From contig CAKOHR010000004.1 in assembly GCA_934085825.1 (NCBI GenBank), forward strand, positions 33,308 to 97,307: a stretch of 64,000 bases of DNA, in the 5' to 3' direction. Source of the DNA: an uncultured Bacilli bacterium. GTDB lineage: Bacteria; Bacillota_I; Bacilli_A; RF39; UBA660. This document shows, piece by piece, positions 40,600-50,993 of the stretch. A program made the position numbers and the translations under genes. Within the stretch, counting starts at the first letter, position 1. Each line of letters opens with the position of its first letter. The notes beneath the pieces were generated by a model, which saw only the letters and a program-made list of their open reading frames with translations, was not told where the DNA came from and searched no databases.

Positions 40600-41061
40600 T
40601 TTTTTAATTGACTTGCATAATTTTTGAATATTCTTCGCACTTTTCCTTTAACAATTTGAAATTACAGCATCTTCTAGCAATGTTATTTTCAGGAACCAAA
40701 TTCTTTAAAACATATATAATTTTTTATCTCTCTGATTATCAAATATTCTAAATTCTTCAAGATTGTCAAATGTTACTCGAGTATAGTTTGATGATGTAAC
40801 AGGTATCATATTATTTAAATCTATTGCTCCATATATTTTTCCAGTTTTGTAATTCACAATTTTAAAAAAGTCTAAATCGTTTTTCATGTTATCAAATTTT
40901 TTCTTATATGATGTTAATGGTGCAAAAAAATCAGTTCCATCTAATCTCAAAATAATACCTAAAAAACATTTCATCTTGTTTTTATATTCAACATTTGGTA
41001 CAAATTTATCATATTTCTTTAAGTATTTTATGTAATCATTGTTTATTGAATACCAAAACAT
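40600..41061 (-). pseudogene. toxN: toxN/abiQ-family type III toxin gene, disrupted (premature stop after residue 118; C-terminal homology continues in another frame)
   Basis: MFWYSINNDYIKYLKKYDKFVPN...KCFLGIILRLDGTDFFAPLTSYKK...IDLNNMIPV resembles ToxN; stop after ...DKKLYMF; the +1 frame encodes LKNLVPENNIARRCCNFKLLKEKCEEY matching ToxN C-terminus (LRNLVLQGKMQGTCNFSLLEEKY); strong RBS AGGGGGAG. Confidence 0.65.
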
Positions 41062-41081
41062 TTTATCTCCCCCTAAACAAA

Positions 41082-41108
41082 GGATTATTTTCGTATAGAA
41101 AATAATCC
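41082..41108 (-). terminator. Terminator between ToxI repeats and toxN
   Basis: GGATTATTTT-CGTATAG-AAAATAATCC hairpin followed by U-rich tract on minus strand. Confidence 0.55.
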
Positions 41109-41226
41109 CACTTTTAATGTCACTTTTGAACTGGATGTGAGAACCACTTTATTGTTCACTTTTGAACTGGACGTGAGAACCACTTTATTGTTCACTTTTG
41201 AACTGGATGTGAGAACCACTGTAAGG
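41108..41226 (-). ncRNA. toxI: ToxI-like antitoxin RNA: tandem 36-nt repeats (3 full-length copies plus a partial)
   Basis: CACTTTTGAACTGGATGTGAGAACCACTTTATTGTT at 41121-41156, again 41157-41192 (one T>C), third copy 41193-41226 diverging at the end; partial copy 41108-41120; candidate promoter TTACAA-16-TATATT at ~41240-41275 (minus). Confidence 0.7.
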
Positions 41227-41312
41227 AAACTTTGTTTCCATATATTTTATGAGATATACCTCATTAATACATATTTAATATAGCATATTGTTGCGTGCTT
41301 GTAAAGCTTTTT

Positions 41313-42635
41313 TTATTTTATTTCCACTTTCTTCAATGTGCCATTTTCTAATATAAATAAATCATTCGTATAACTTTTTACTAAAGGGTATTTTATATTG
41401 TCATCATTACTATAAAGATAACCCACGCTAGTAACCATTGGTATTTCTAGGGTCTTAAATTCATCTTTTATATTATTTAAATCTTTATAATATAAAGTAT
41501 CTTTTGTGCTATCATTTGCAACTATAAGTAAATAATTATCAATAACTACTACTCTATCCACATTATCTATATCAAATGTAATATTTATTTGTCCAGTATT
41601 ATCTTCAAGTATTGCTTTATCTTTCTTTTTATAAATGTGATAAACAGATCCATCTTCTAAAGCAAACTTGAAATCATCATAACTGTAATAATGTGTTTCA
41701 ACTTGAGAAAACTTCTTGGTATCATAATTTGTACATATGTAATAGTCTTCCGCACTTGCTCCAAATAAACCAAATAAAATATTTGATGTAAATAAAAGGC
41801 CAATAAGAAGAAATATACCATTATTACATATCTTTTTTTTCTTTTCTTCAAAAATAGATGCTGAATAGAGTAAATAAATTAGACTTAGTATTAGTGATGC
41901 CACCATACTTGCCGCTGTTATACTAATTGGAACATTATCAGCATAGCCACAATTAGTTATTAAATTAACTTCACTAAGTAAAACAGAAAAATCATAAAAA
42001 CTATGAATAAAAATCATGGCCCATATATTACGAGTTTTGTAATATACTGTACCAAATAAAATTCCTATTGCCATTGTTTGTACAAATTGCATCATCGTTG
42101 TAAGTAAATCTTGACCAGCAAGTAAATTAGTTAAGTGAACGGTTCCAAATATTACTCCACTTATTATAATAGATACTATTACTTCTTTTTTATTACTGCT
42201 ATATTTTTCTAAAAGTTCATTTTCTATTATTCCTCTAAAAAATATTTCTTCAAATAGGCCAATTAATATAACATATACTATTAAGCTTACCAAATTGCTA
42301 GTATTTATTTTTGTACCAATTAATTGTCCGGCATTGGAAAATAATACTATAATTGATAATATGACAATTGGCAAACATGTTTCTACAGATTTTGTAAAGG
42401 GAATTTTTCTTTCTTTAAATATATAACTTTTTTTTCTTATTTTTAAAAGAATAATAGATAAAATAAATACTACAAATTCACTTGTGGCATATATCATATA
42501 TTTGCCATTTAACATGCTGGCATACACAACTGAGTTTATTACTCTTCCCACAGTATTTATTAGAAATTCAAATATTATAAAAATAAATACAACTTTGGCT
42601 ATAATCGGCCAAATATTATTTTTCTTTTCTTCCAT
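41313..42635 (-). CDS. CPBP-family (CAAX/Abi) intramembrane metalloprotease with C-terminal extra domain
   Basis: Polytopic membrane protein with LFEEIFFRG and FGTVHL motifs; ~180-aa C-terminal soluble domain. Confidence 0.75.
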   Translation of the reverse strand: MEEKKNNIWPIIAKVVFIFIIFEFLINTVGRVINSVVYASMLNGKYMIYATSEFVVFILSIILLKIRKKSYIFKERKIPFTKSVETCLPIVILSIIVLFSNAGQLIGTKINTSNLVSLIVYVILIGLFEEIFFRGIIENELLEKYSSNKKEVIVSIIISGVIFGTVHLTNLLAGQDLLTTMMQFVQTMAIGILFGTVYYKTRNIWAMIFIHSFYDFSVLLSEVNLITNCGYADNVPISITAASMVASLILSLIYLLYSASIFEEKKKKICNNGIFLLIGLLFTSNILFGLFGASAEDYYICTNYDTKKFSQVETHYYSYDDFKFALEDGSVYHIYKKKDKAILEDNTGQINITFDIDNVDRVVVIDNYLLIVANDSTKDTLYYKDLNNIKDEFKTLEIPMVTSVGYLYSNDDNIKYPLVKSYTNDLFILENGTLKKVEIK

Positions 42636-42636
42636 A

Positions 42637-43359
42637 TTAACCTATATTTGAGACATTTGTATAAATTTGAGATACATCTTCAATATCTTCTAGAATATTA
42701 TAAAGTCTATCAAATATTTCTTTATCTTCTCCTTCTAATGTAATTTTATCTTTGGCATACATACCAATTTCATCAACTTCATAATCAACATTTGGCACTA
42801 ATTTTTCTATTTCATCCTTGGCACTATTCATATCACTTGGATTTAAACTAATAGTTACATATCCATCTTCTTTTTCAATATCCACTACCTCAATGCCTGC
42901 ATTAAGTAGCACTTCAAGTATCTCATCATCATTTTCACATTTAAATGAAATAATTCCTAAATGGTCATAATTATATGATACTGAATTAGTAACACCTAAA
43001 GATTTGTTAACTTTATTAAATGCTGCTCTTACCATTCCAACAGTTCTATTAACGTTATCTGTTAAGCATTTAATGATTAAAGTACTTGCTCCAGGGCCAA
43101 AGCCTTCATAAACTACTTCATGATATTCATCTTGTCCTACACCTTTTGCTTTATCAATTGCTCTAGTAATAATATCGGATGGCACTTGATTTTTCTTAGC
43201 TTTATCAATTAATCTTTTTAAAGTTACATTTGCTTCTGGATTTGGACTTCCTTTCTTCGCAGCTAAATAGATTTCTTTTGCAAATGTTGTATAAAGTTTT
43301 CCTTTGGCTGCTCCTGTTTTTTGTATACTTGCTTTTCTTACTTCATAAGCTCTTCCCAT
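42637..43359 (-). CDS. yebC: YebC/PmpR-family transcriptional regulator
   Basis: MGRAYEVRKASIQKTGAAKGK... highly conserved family. Confidence 0.9.
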   Translation of the reverse strand: MGRAYEVRKASIQKTGAAKGKLYTTFAKEIYLAAKKGSPNPEANVTLKRLIDKAKKNQVPSDIITRAIDKAKGVGQDEYHEVVYEGFGPGASTLIIKCLTDNVNRTVGMVRAAFNKVNKSLGVTNSVSYNYDHLGIISFKCENDDEILEVLLNAGIEVVDIEKEDGYVTISLNPSDMNSAKDEIEKLVPNVDYEVDEIGMYAKDKITLEGEDKEIFDRLYNILEDIEDVSQIYTNVSNIG

Positions 43360-43374
43360 AAATAAATTCCTCCC

Positions 43375-44418
43375 TTAAACACTCATATTTTTTACAAACT
43401 TATAAACTCCATAATTTTTATCTACATATCTTATTCTTTTTATTACATCTTTTGCTTTATAAATATTAAAATATGTAAAGTTTTCTTTTTTCATCACAAA
43501 TTCTAGTGCCTTTATAACAAGTCTTTTAGCATTTTTAGTGCCAAAAAACTTCATCATTTCCTCTTTATCCTTTTTGTTTACATTTTTAAGTAAATATTCA
43601 TAGTACCAAAGTCCTCTTTTTTTAAAAATATATTTTCTACCATCAAATTCTTTTAATACTCTTAGGGTATCATAATATCCAAGTTTTATGTTATCCCTTA
43701 TATTCTCTTCCTTAAAATTTAAAATACTTCCTAGCTTTCTTGATGACTTTATAACTGTTATTTTCTTTTTATCTTTGTATGGTCTTCTTATTCCTATAGC
43801 TTCTAAGTCTATGACATATACTTTATCATATCCCTTTTCTAGCAAACTATTCGCAGGTATATAATCATGAAAACCTCCATCAAGATAGTAATTATCATCA
43901 ATTATCTTTTCAAACTTAAATATAGGCAAAAAACATGATGCTATTAAATAATCATTAAGTTGATCTTTTGGTATATCTTCTTTAAATAAATACTTTGGTT
44001 TAAAATCATTAAATCTTACAGTTACCAAACCAAAGTCTTTGGAACTTTTATATAGATCTTTACTAATATTTAATCTTTCGAATAAGCTTCGCAAATCTCT
44101 TGTGCTTATTCCTTTATTTGCTACGATATTTTTAATATTGTTTAATATTTCATTAAGCATTTCTAAATCGTATTCATCATTATTAGTCTTTCTTACTAAT
44201 TTTTCACTAAATCCAAGGATTGTTCCAGCATCTAACTTAAACCATAAATCATATAATTCATTAAATCTACCACTGGCACACATTGCAGCATTAAACGAAC
44301 CAATTGATGTGCCAACAAATCCATCAATTTTTACGTGAGCGTCTAAAAATGCTTTATAAGCACCGACCTCGTAAGCACCTCTTAGACCTCCACCAGAAAA
44401 TGCTATTCCTCTTTTCAT
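43375..44418 (-). CDS. Patatin-like phospholipase
   Basis: GIAFSGGGLRGAYEVG (oxyanion) and GTSIGS (GxSxG) motifs. Confidence 0.8.
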   Translation of the reverse strand: MKRGIAFSGGGLRGAYEVGAYKAFLDAHVKIDGFVGTSIGSFNAAMCASGRFNELYDLWFKLDAGTILGFSEKLVRKTNNDEYDLEMLNEILNNIKNIVANKGISTRDLRSLFERLNISKDLYKSSKDFGLVTVRFNDFKPKYLFKEDIPKDQLNDYLIASCFLPIFKFEKIIDDNYYLDGGFHDYIPANSLLEKGYDKVYVIDLEAIGIRRPYKDKKKITVIKSSRKLGSILNFKEENIRDNIKLGYYDTLRVLKEFDGRKYIFKKRGLWYYEYLLKNVNKKDKEEMMKFFGTKNAKRLVIKALEFVMKKENFTYFNIYKAKDVIKRIRYVDKNYGVYKFVKNMSV

Positions 44419-45338
44419 TTATGATTCACCAAAAATCTACCAACCTTTTTTTGAAATTTACGTTTTTTATTCTTAACTTTTAGTCTATTAAAATAATTAT
44501 TTAAATAATCATTTCTAAAATGCAACAATTCTTCAAGATCATCTCTATCACTGCATACTGGACTATAATAATCTTTTTCTAAAAACATTCTGCTTGCAGC
44601 ATATTTAAAACTTATACCATTTATTTCTAAAAATTTGTCTAATAGATCACCATATTTAATTGTTTCTTCACTTGCTAAATTAAATGTTTTGTGATTTAGT
44701 TTGTCACTATGCTTAATTCCCTTTACAAATGCATAAGCGCAATCTTCTTTTGTAATTACATCCATTATATCTTCTCTATTACCATGGTACATAAAAGTTT
44801 CTTCTAATGGATTAGATAATACTAAAGGAACGCGATAAATTGTGTAATTTTTCAACTTTTCTTTAACTAATTTTTCACATTCAACTTTGGCATTTTCAAA
44901 ATAATCATATTCGTCTAGTTTTAATTTACTTTTTATACTCGGGTTTTTTATTTGTTTATAAATACTTGTTGATGAAGCTAAAAACATATGACACTTTGGA
45001 TTATAATAACTAATGGCTCTGACAATATTTTCACACCCACCATAATCAACTGCCATAGCTAAGCCTTTTTTCATATTTGAAAGTGGTGGCATTGCACTTG
45101 CTAAATAGATAACGTAATCGTGATCTTTAACGAGTGCTTCCATTAGTATTCTATCAGTTACATCCCCATAAAGAATATTAACTCTTTTTCTAAATCTTTT
45201 TAGTCTTCGAACATTATACTTATTATTTAAATCTAAAATTGTTATTTCATACTTACCTTCACTAAGCAAATATTTAACAGTATGAAATCCAACACTACCC
45301 GCGGCACCAACAACTAATACTTTTTTCACTATGATCAC
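44415..45338 (-). CDS. NAD-dependent epimerase/dehydratase family protein
   Basis: VLVVGAAGSVGFHTV Rossmann motif, SDR-extended architecture. Confidence 0.75.
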   Translation of the reverse strand: MIIVKKVLVVGAAGSVGFHTVKYLLSEGKYEITILDLNNKYNVRRLKRFRKRVNILYGDVTDRILMEALVKDHDYVIYLASAMPPLSNMKKGLAMAVDYGGCENIVRAISYYNPKCHMFLASSTSIYKQIKNPSIKSKLKLDEYDYFENAKVECEKLVKEKLKNYTIYRVPLVLSNPLEETFMYHGNREDIMDVITKEDCAYAFVKGIKHSDKLNHKTFNLASEETIKYGDLLDKFLEINGISFKYAASRMFLEKDYYSPVCSDRDDLEELLHFRNDYLNNYFNRLKVKNKKRKFQKKVGRFLVNHK

Positions 45339-45341
45339 CTC

Positions 45342-46109
45342 TCAAATAATATTTATAACTATTAATATTACTATACCTATAATTATACCATAAATAGTTT
45401 CTTTTTTATGTATTTCTTCATAAACTTCTTTTAAAAGTTCAAATAATAAAATATGAAGGAGCATTCCACATGTTAAAGAAAGAATTAGGACTTCAACTGT
45501 ATCACTTAAACTACCAAATATATTAAATATTAGTCCCCCGATAAAACCAGATAATACAAGTAATATAACGAGTGTAATATTTTTTTTATTTTTAAGAGAT
45601 GGAGCTATTTGAAAACCAAATGGTAAATTATGTAAACCAATTCCTATTAACATTATTAATCCACTTTTTATATTATTTATGGATACTCCGTATAATGCCA
45701 TACCTTCGATTATATTATGAAGCAAAAGAGCAATTATCGTTATAAGGCTAACATGCTCCATATGTTCTATGTGTTCTTTTTTTTCTTCATCATTTTCATG
45801 ATGTTCATGTTCATGATGAGGAAGTAATTTATCAATAAAAATCAGTGTTAATAAGCCCAATACTATAAAAAGAATTGAATAAATATTTCCTTTTTCCATA
45901 ATTTCTGGAGCTAAATCAAATAAAATCAAGCCTAATATAACTACGCTAGCACAAGATATTGACATGCGTGAAAAGATAATTTTATTTGTAACTAATTTGT
46001 ATATTACAATCCCCACTAAAAAAAACAAACCACTAAACAAGGTTAACAACAAAGCCATAATTACTCCTCTTTTCTTAAGTATTTTATCAAAATTATTGTA
46101 TTTAATCAA
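45342..46109 (-). CDS. ZIP-family metal (zinc) transporter
   Basis: Polytopic; His-rich loop HHEHEHHENDEEKKEHIEHMEH; HNxxEG motif. Confidence 0.8.
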   Translation of the reverse strand: MIKYNNFDKILKKRGVIMALLLTLFSGLFFLVGIVIYKLVTNKIIFSRMSISCASVVILGLILFDLAPEIMEKGNIYSILFIVLGLLTLIFIDKLLPHHEHEHHENDEEKKEHIEHMEHVSLITIIALLLHNIIEGMALYGVSINNIKSGLIMLIGIGLHNLPFGFQIAPSLKNKKNITLVILLVLSGFIGGLIFNIFGSLSDTVEVLILSLTCGMLLHILLFELLKEVYEEIHKKETIYGIIIGIVILIVINII

Positions 46110-46164
46110 GAAAATTTATAAATTGAAACAATTTTTACTACCATAATGTTATTTTTATTTGCAA

Positions 46165-46190
46165 AAGAAAAAGGACCGAAGTCCTATGTT
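46165..46190 (-). terminator. Terminator after TasA-like gene
   Basis: AGGAC-TTCG-GTCCT plus U-run on minus strand. Confidence 0.5.
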
Positions 46191-46203
46191 TATCGTTAAC
46201 TAA

Positions 46204-46845
46204 TTAACAGTCAACTTTTGTAAATTTAACTGCGCCAGAGAATGATTTTCCAGTGTTGTCATTTTGATCAACAGCAAGATTCTTTAATGTAACAGTTAAT
46301 GTCCAATTTTCAGTAGCAGTTTTTCCAGCTTCAGCTATTAATTTATGTTTATAATCAGTTCCACCAGCAGTTGTTGGAATTTGAACATCTGATTTAGTTG
46401 TTGTGATATTCATATCTTCAATAACCTTAGTACTACCTTTTTGAGCTGTAAATACTAATTCTGGGTCACCAGTTGTATTTTTGCTAGAAACTACGAAAGT
46501 ATTACCCGTAACATTTAAAGTTGCTGTGTAGCACATTGTTCTTTCAGCCTCTGTTGGTGTATACTTATCTGTAGCACCTGGAGCTGTCCAAGTAACTGTA
46601 CCAGTACTTGATCCAGTTTGATCTCCTTTATCTTCTGCAAAATTATTTTGGTCAGCATAAATGCTAATAGCAGTATATGTACCAAATGCTGAACTTGCAG
46701 CAGTACCAGTTTTAACAATGATATCCGCTTGTGAAGTACTTCCTCCTTGTGCAGTGAAGTATGCAAATGTTGCACCTACAACAGCAACTAATAATGTTGC
46801 AACTGCAATTACTGTTAATAGGATAGTGTTCTTTTTGTTATCCAT
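46204..46845 (-). CDS. TasA/camelysin-like secreted protein with SipW-cognate-type signal peptide
   Basis: MDNKKNTILLTVIAVATLLVAVVGATFAYFTAQ matches the SipW-cognate signal class (..GATFAYF..); Thr/Gly-rich beta-rich body. Confidence 0.6.
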   Translation of the reverse strand: MDNKKNTILLTVIAVATLLVAVVGATFAYFTAQGGSTSQADIIVKTGTAASSAFGTYTAISIYADQNNFAEDKGDQTGSSTGTVTWTAPGATDKYTPTEAERTMCYTATLNVTGNTFVVSSKNTTGDPELVFTAQKGSTKVIEDMNITTTKSDVQIPTTAGGTDYKHKLIAEAGKTATENWTLTVTLKNLAVDQNDNTGKSFSGAVKFTKVDC

Positions 46846-46998
46846 TGTTTCTTATCTCCTCTCTATCTTAATATTACCATTTTATATTCTAAAAATCAAC
46901 CCTTAAGCTACAATTTTTTTAAATTTTTTTTACTTTATTTTCACATACAAATTTTTACCCCAAAAAACGAATTTACACATTTGTGTAGACCTTTTCTT

Positions 46999-48126
46999 CT
47001 ATATAGACATTGAGTATGTTTTGTTTGTTGTATCAAGTACTATTTTTATACCTGAAACGGATGCTGTTGCTCCGCCAGTAAATTTATATGTTGGATATAA
47101 ATTTCCACTTGAGATACTAGCGGCACTGCTATATGTGTTGATATTATTTTTCTTAATTATTTTACTTATTGTGGTTCCATAGTTATTGGCAACACTATAA
47201 ATGTTACTTCCACTAAATGTTGCACCCAAGCTGGTTAAACTATTCGTTGTGCTTTCTTCAATTGTTAAATTCCCACTATAAACTTCATTATTGTAAGTTA
47301 CATCTAAATTGTAAACTCCGGGATATATATTTGCTAAAGTAAAAGTTCCACTTGCATCTGTGGTACTTACTACCGAACCATTTTGCAAACTTACAGTTGC
47401 CCCGCTTAGATTATTTGTACCATCAGTTAATGTGCCTGTCAATGTATAACTCATTTTTGCATTTACAACTTCAGCTACAACTTCAGCATTTACATAAAAA
47501 TAAGAATAACTGGCTGCCGCTATAGCTTTATCACTTAACCACATTTTTATTTTATACGTTTTTGTTGAATTTGCTGTTGATGTACTACCTAACGTATTAA
47601 ATAATATTGCATATCTATTATTTCTACTATCATTTGTATCTATTTTATAAATTGGGAGATCGGTAACACTTAAAGGACCAGCTACTAAAGTATCTTCACT
47701 ACCAGCACCATTGTATTCATATACAGCAAACATTACATAGTCAAGAGGTGTTAATGTATCGCTGTCCTTATAACCTGTTCTTGTTTTAAAATTTTCCATA
47801 TCATAGCCAATATTCAAGACATAGGTTGAATCTAATGAACCTGTATTTTGTATATATATAACACTTACATCACTTTGATTCATGCCTTCTCTATTTGACA
47901 TTGGTGTTAAACTATTGGTTCTTTGTATAGCAGATGTTTCACTACCATATGATACTTTTAGTGTTCCTGTTGTGATACTTTGGTTAGTTGCATTAGTTTT
48001 AACAGAGAAGAATGAAGCATAACTAAAACCTATAGATGCCATAGTTAAACAAAACACACAAACTGCTATTATAAAGTTTTTATTTTTAATAAATTTATTA
48101 ACTTTTTCCCAATTTATTTTCTTCAC
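46999..48126 (-). CDS. TasA/camelysin-like secreted protein (second paralog-type), SipW-type signal
   Basis: ...MASIGFSYASFFSVKTNATNQSITTGTLKVS resembles TasA N-terminal region (TFASGTLDLS); 375 aa. Confidence 0.55.
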   Translation of the reverse strand: MKKINWEKVNKFIKNKNFIIAVCVFCLTMASIGFSYASFFSVKTNATNQSITTGTLKVSYGSETSAIQRTNSLTPMSNREGMNQSDVSVIYIQNTGSLDSTYVLNIGYDMENFKTRTGYKDSDTLTPLDYVMFAVYEYNGAGSEDTLVAGPLSVTDLPIYKIDTNDSRNNRYAILFNTLGSTSTANSTKTYKIKMWLSDKAIAAASYSYFYVNAEVVAEVVNAKMSYTLTGTLTDGTNNLSGATVSLQNGSVVSTTDASGTFTLANIYPGVYNLDVTYNNEVYSGNLTIEESTTNSLTSLGATFSGSNIYSVANNYGTTISKIIKKNNINTYSSAASISSGNLYPTYKFTGGATASVSGIKIVLDTTNKTYSMSI

Positions 48127-48187
48127 TATCTATCACCTAATATTATAATACCACAAAATATTTTTAAATAAAAGAAAAAATTAGTTT

Positions 48188-50275
48188 TTACCTAACTTTT
48201 GTCTTTTTTGATTTTAGATACTTATCTAAACCTCTAAATCCTTGATTTTCATAGTCAAAGTCTTTAGCAAGATCGAAATTTAAATTCTTTTTGTTTAAGT
48301 ATTCTTTTATCATTTCTTCTGTAATGTTATTATAATTTATTTTGGCTGTAATTCTGGCTAGAAACTCCTTACTAAAGCTATTTTGATAATTACTTTTTCC
48401 TTTCATAAAACCTATTTTTTGATTTGCTTCGGCATTACTTGTCATAAATATATATGTATTCTTAAAATCTATTTTATCTCCTTTAGAATTAGTTACATAA
48501 CCTTCATCTAGAATCTGTAAGAATAAATTAATAACACTTGGATGTGATTTCTCTAATTCATCTAATAAAATAATAGAATATGGGTTCATTCGTACTTTTT
48601 CAAATATATTCTCGTCATCATAACCAATATAACCGGCACTGGCACCAATTAATCTAGTAATTGAAACACTTTCATTGTATTCGCTTAAATCCAATCTTAT
48701 TAATGGTATGTCTAAGTAACTAGCAATTTCTTTAACAGTTTTAGTCTTTCCTACTCCAGTTGAACCGGTTAAAAGTATTGAAACTGGTAAATCTTCTTCC
48801 TTTTCTTTTAAAGCATTTATTATTTCATCTATAGCCTTATCTTGGCCAATTATCTTGTCTTGTAAGTATTTATTTAAATCCTCAAAATTATTTTCTATAA
48901 AAGGAATATTGCTTTTTCTTTGTAGTACCATTTTTATATCATCTTCAGTTATTTTCTTAGGCATATTTTCTTCATCATCTATTTTTTCATGCAATTTTAT
49001 TTCTAGGGTTCTATATTTCATTGCTTCTTCAAAGTTATTTTTCTTTACCATGCTTTCTTTTTTATTTATAATATTGGTAAGTTTATTTTTTAATTTAGAT
49101 ATTTCTTTTTCTTTAGTACACTCTACTTCTTTCATTGCACATACACTATCTAATAAATCAATTGATTTATCAGGATTAAATCTATCTAAAATATATTTAT
49201 CTGTTAAAGCCACGATTTTTTTTATATTGTCTTCGGTTATTTTAATATTGTAGTGTTTTTCAAATGAAGGACGAATTTTTGATAGTATATTCTCCGTTTC
49301 TTTAATATTTGGTTCATTAATTTTAATAATCTCAAATCTTCTAGATAAAGCTTTATCTTTGGATATAAATTTGTTGTATTCATTAGTTGTTGTGGCTCCG
49401 ATTATTTTAACCTTGCCACGCGCTAAGTATGGTTTTAATATATCACTAGCATTTATAGCTCCCTCTGCTCCGCCGGCATTAGCCATGGAATGAATTTCAT
49501 CAATAAATAAAATTATTTCGGGATTTTCTTCAATTTCTTTGATTACTTTGTTTAATTTTTCTTCAAATTCACCACGATATTTGGTTCCTGCTACTAAAGA
49601 TGACATCTCGAGTGATACAATTTTTTTACCTTTTAATTTATTTGGTACATTACCATTTTTTATTCTTCTAGCTAATTCTTCAATTATAGCACTTTTACCC
49701 ACTCCAGCAGGTCCAAGTAAAAGTGGATTATTTTTATTTTTACGAAGTAGTGTTTCTGTTATTAAATTTAGTTCTTTATCTCTTCCAACTAAAATATCAT
49801 CATTATCTAAAAGTGACATGTCTTTACCAATATTGTATAATTCAAGTTTTGTATTTCCTTTTTTATCTTTTCTTTTTACTTCATCGTATAGTTTATCAAC
49901 GTCAATTCCCATATTAATTATTATTCTAATAGCTATTCCTTCGCCTTCTTCTAAAATGGCTTCCAGTAAATGCACAGGCTCTATAGCCTTACTTTTACAT
50001 ATTTCATCTGCTGTTTTTATAACCCTTTTTAAAAGTGGCGTATATATATTAGTACATTTTTTATTATTACTCGTGCCTACTGCTAATAGAAGTTCTTCTA
50101 AAAAATCTTCGTATGTTAATTCATATTTTATTAACATTTGTTTTATTTTTTCATCATTTTTAATTAAACTTAATAGTAAATGTTCTGTACCAATATATGG
50201 ATGATTTAAATCAATTGCTATTTTTTCTGCTTCTTTAAATATTCTTTTTACTTCTAAACTATAATTATTGTACAT
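48188..50275 (-). CDS. clpC: Clp-family AAA+ ATPase (ClpC/ClpE/ClpL-like, short form)
   Basis: Clp_N repeats, two AAA modules (GPAGVGKSAI; TGSTGVGKTKT); 695 aa. Confidence 0.8.
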   Translation of the reverse strand: MYNNYSLEVKRIFKEAEKIAIDLNHPYIGTEHLLLSLIKNDEKIKQMLIKYELTYEDFLEELLLAVGTSNNKKCTNIYTPLLKRVIKTADEICKSKAIEPVHLLEAILEEGEGIAIRIIINMGIDVDKLYDEVKRKDKKGNTKLELYNIGKDMSLLDNDDILVGRDKELNLITETLLRKNKNNPLLLGPAGVGKSAIIEELARRIKNGNVPNKLKGKKIVSLEMSSLVAGTKYRGEFEEKLNKVIKEIEENPEIILFIDEIHSMANAGGAEGAINASDILKPYLARGKVKIIGATTTNEYNKFISKDKALSRRFEIIKINEPNIKETENILSKIRPSFEKHYNIKITEDNIKKIVALTDKYILDRFNPDKSIDLLDSVCAMKEVECTKEKEISKLKNKLTNIINKKESMVKKNNFEEAMKYRTLEIKLHEKIDDEENMPKKITEDDIKMVLQRKSNIPFIENNFEDLNKYLQDKIIGQDKAIDEIINALKEKEEDLPVSILLTGSTGVGKTKTVKEIASYLDIPLIRLDLSEYNESVSITRLIGASAGYIGYDDENIFEKVRMNPYSIILLDELEKSHPSVINLFLQILDEGYVTNSKGDKIDFKNTYIFMTSNAEANQKIGFMKGKSNYQNSFSKEFLARITAKINYNNITEEMIKEYLNKKNLNFDLAKDFDYENQGFRGLDKYLKSKKTKVR

Positions 50276-50321
50276 AGAGGCCTCCCTTTATAATTCTATG
50301 TACGTTATGGTAAAAATTTTA

Positions 50322-50993
50322 TTATTTTATACAATTTTGTTTATTATCACCAATTATCTTTATACTGGCTGGATATCTGTTTAAAATCATATACGCTTCA
50401 AGAAATTTAAAATTATTTAAAAGTCTTTCAATATGATTTAAATCGTTTTTTAACATATCATGATTGATAGTAAATTCATATGATTTTTCCATAGTGTCAT
50501 TTTGATACTTTACTTTAATATTCATATGCTTAATTGGATATTTTTGCGATAGAATTCTTCTTTTTAAATCTTCTTTATTTGTTATTTTAGTTAAATTATA
50601 TATTATTTGTTCGTCATTTTTACTTATAATTGTATATTCATCTTCATAAACATTATTTTCATCCTCAGTTTTAATATAATGATCTACGGTTATCTTGTCT
50701 TTCGAAAAATGTACCACTGTTGGTGATACTTTTGAATATATTTCTATTTCATCTGTTTCTAAACTTTCCATGTTCGGAGATACAATTATTCTGGTATCTT
50801 TTAATAAAAATAAGTCTTCAATTTCTTTAGTAATATCACTGGTTAATAATCTCAAATCTAATCCAATGATTTCTAAATAATTTAATGTAGTTATTTCTAA
50901 CCTTTTTAAGGCATCACTTAAACAAATGTCATCTCTACTACATTTTCTGTTTATTTTATTAATAATACTTTTTACTTTTATAATATCTTCCAT
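50322..50993 (-). CDS. Hypothetical cytoplasmic protein
   Basis: ORF only, no recognisable motifs. Confidence 0.4.
   Translation of the reverse strand: MEDIIKVKSIINKINRKCSRDDICLSDALKRLEITTLNYLEIIGLDLRLLTSDITKEIEDLFLLKDTRIIVSPNMESLETDEIEIYSKVSPTVVHFSKDKITVDHYIKTEDENNVYEDEYTIISKNDEQIIYNLTKITNKEDLKRRILSQKYPIKHMNIKVKYQNDTMEKSYEFTINHDMLKNDLNHIERLLNNFKFLEAYMILNRYPASIKIIGDNKQNCIK

Noticed and set aside
41121-41226. 36-nt direct repeats considered as a CRISPR array
   Set aside because: The repeats are contiguous with no spacers, there are only ~3 copies, and they sit immediately upstream of a toxN-family gene with an intervening terminator. That is ToxI architecture, not CRISPR.
49539-50204. 221-aa plus-strand ORF
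   Set aside because: It is antisense to the well-supported ClpC-like gene, has a low-complexity Ser/Leu/Phe-rich translation, and is typical of AT-rich antisense frames. The same applies to 19147-19584 (anti-ftsA), 25848-26249 (anti-rny), 60942-61358 and 17468-17788.
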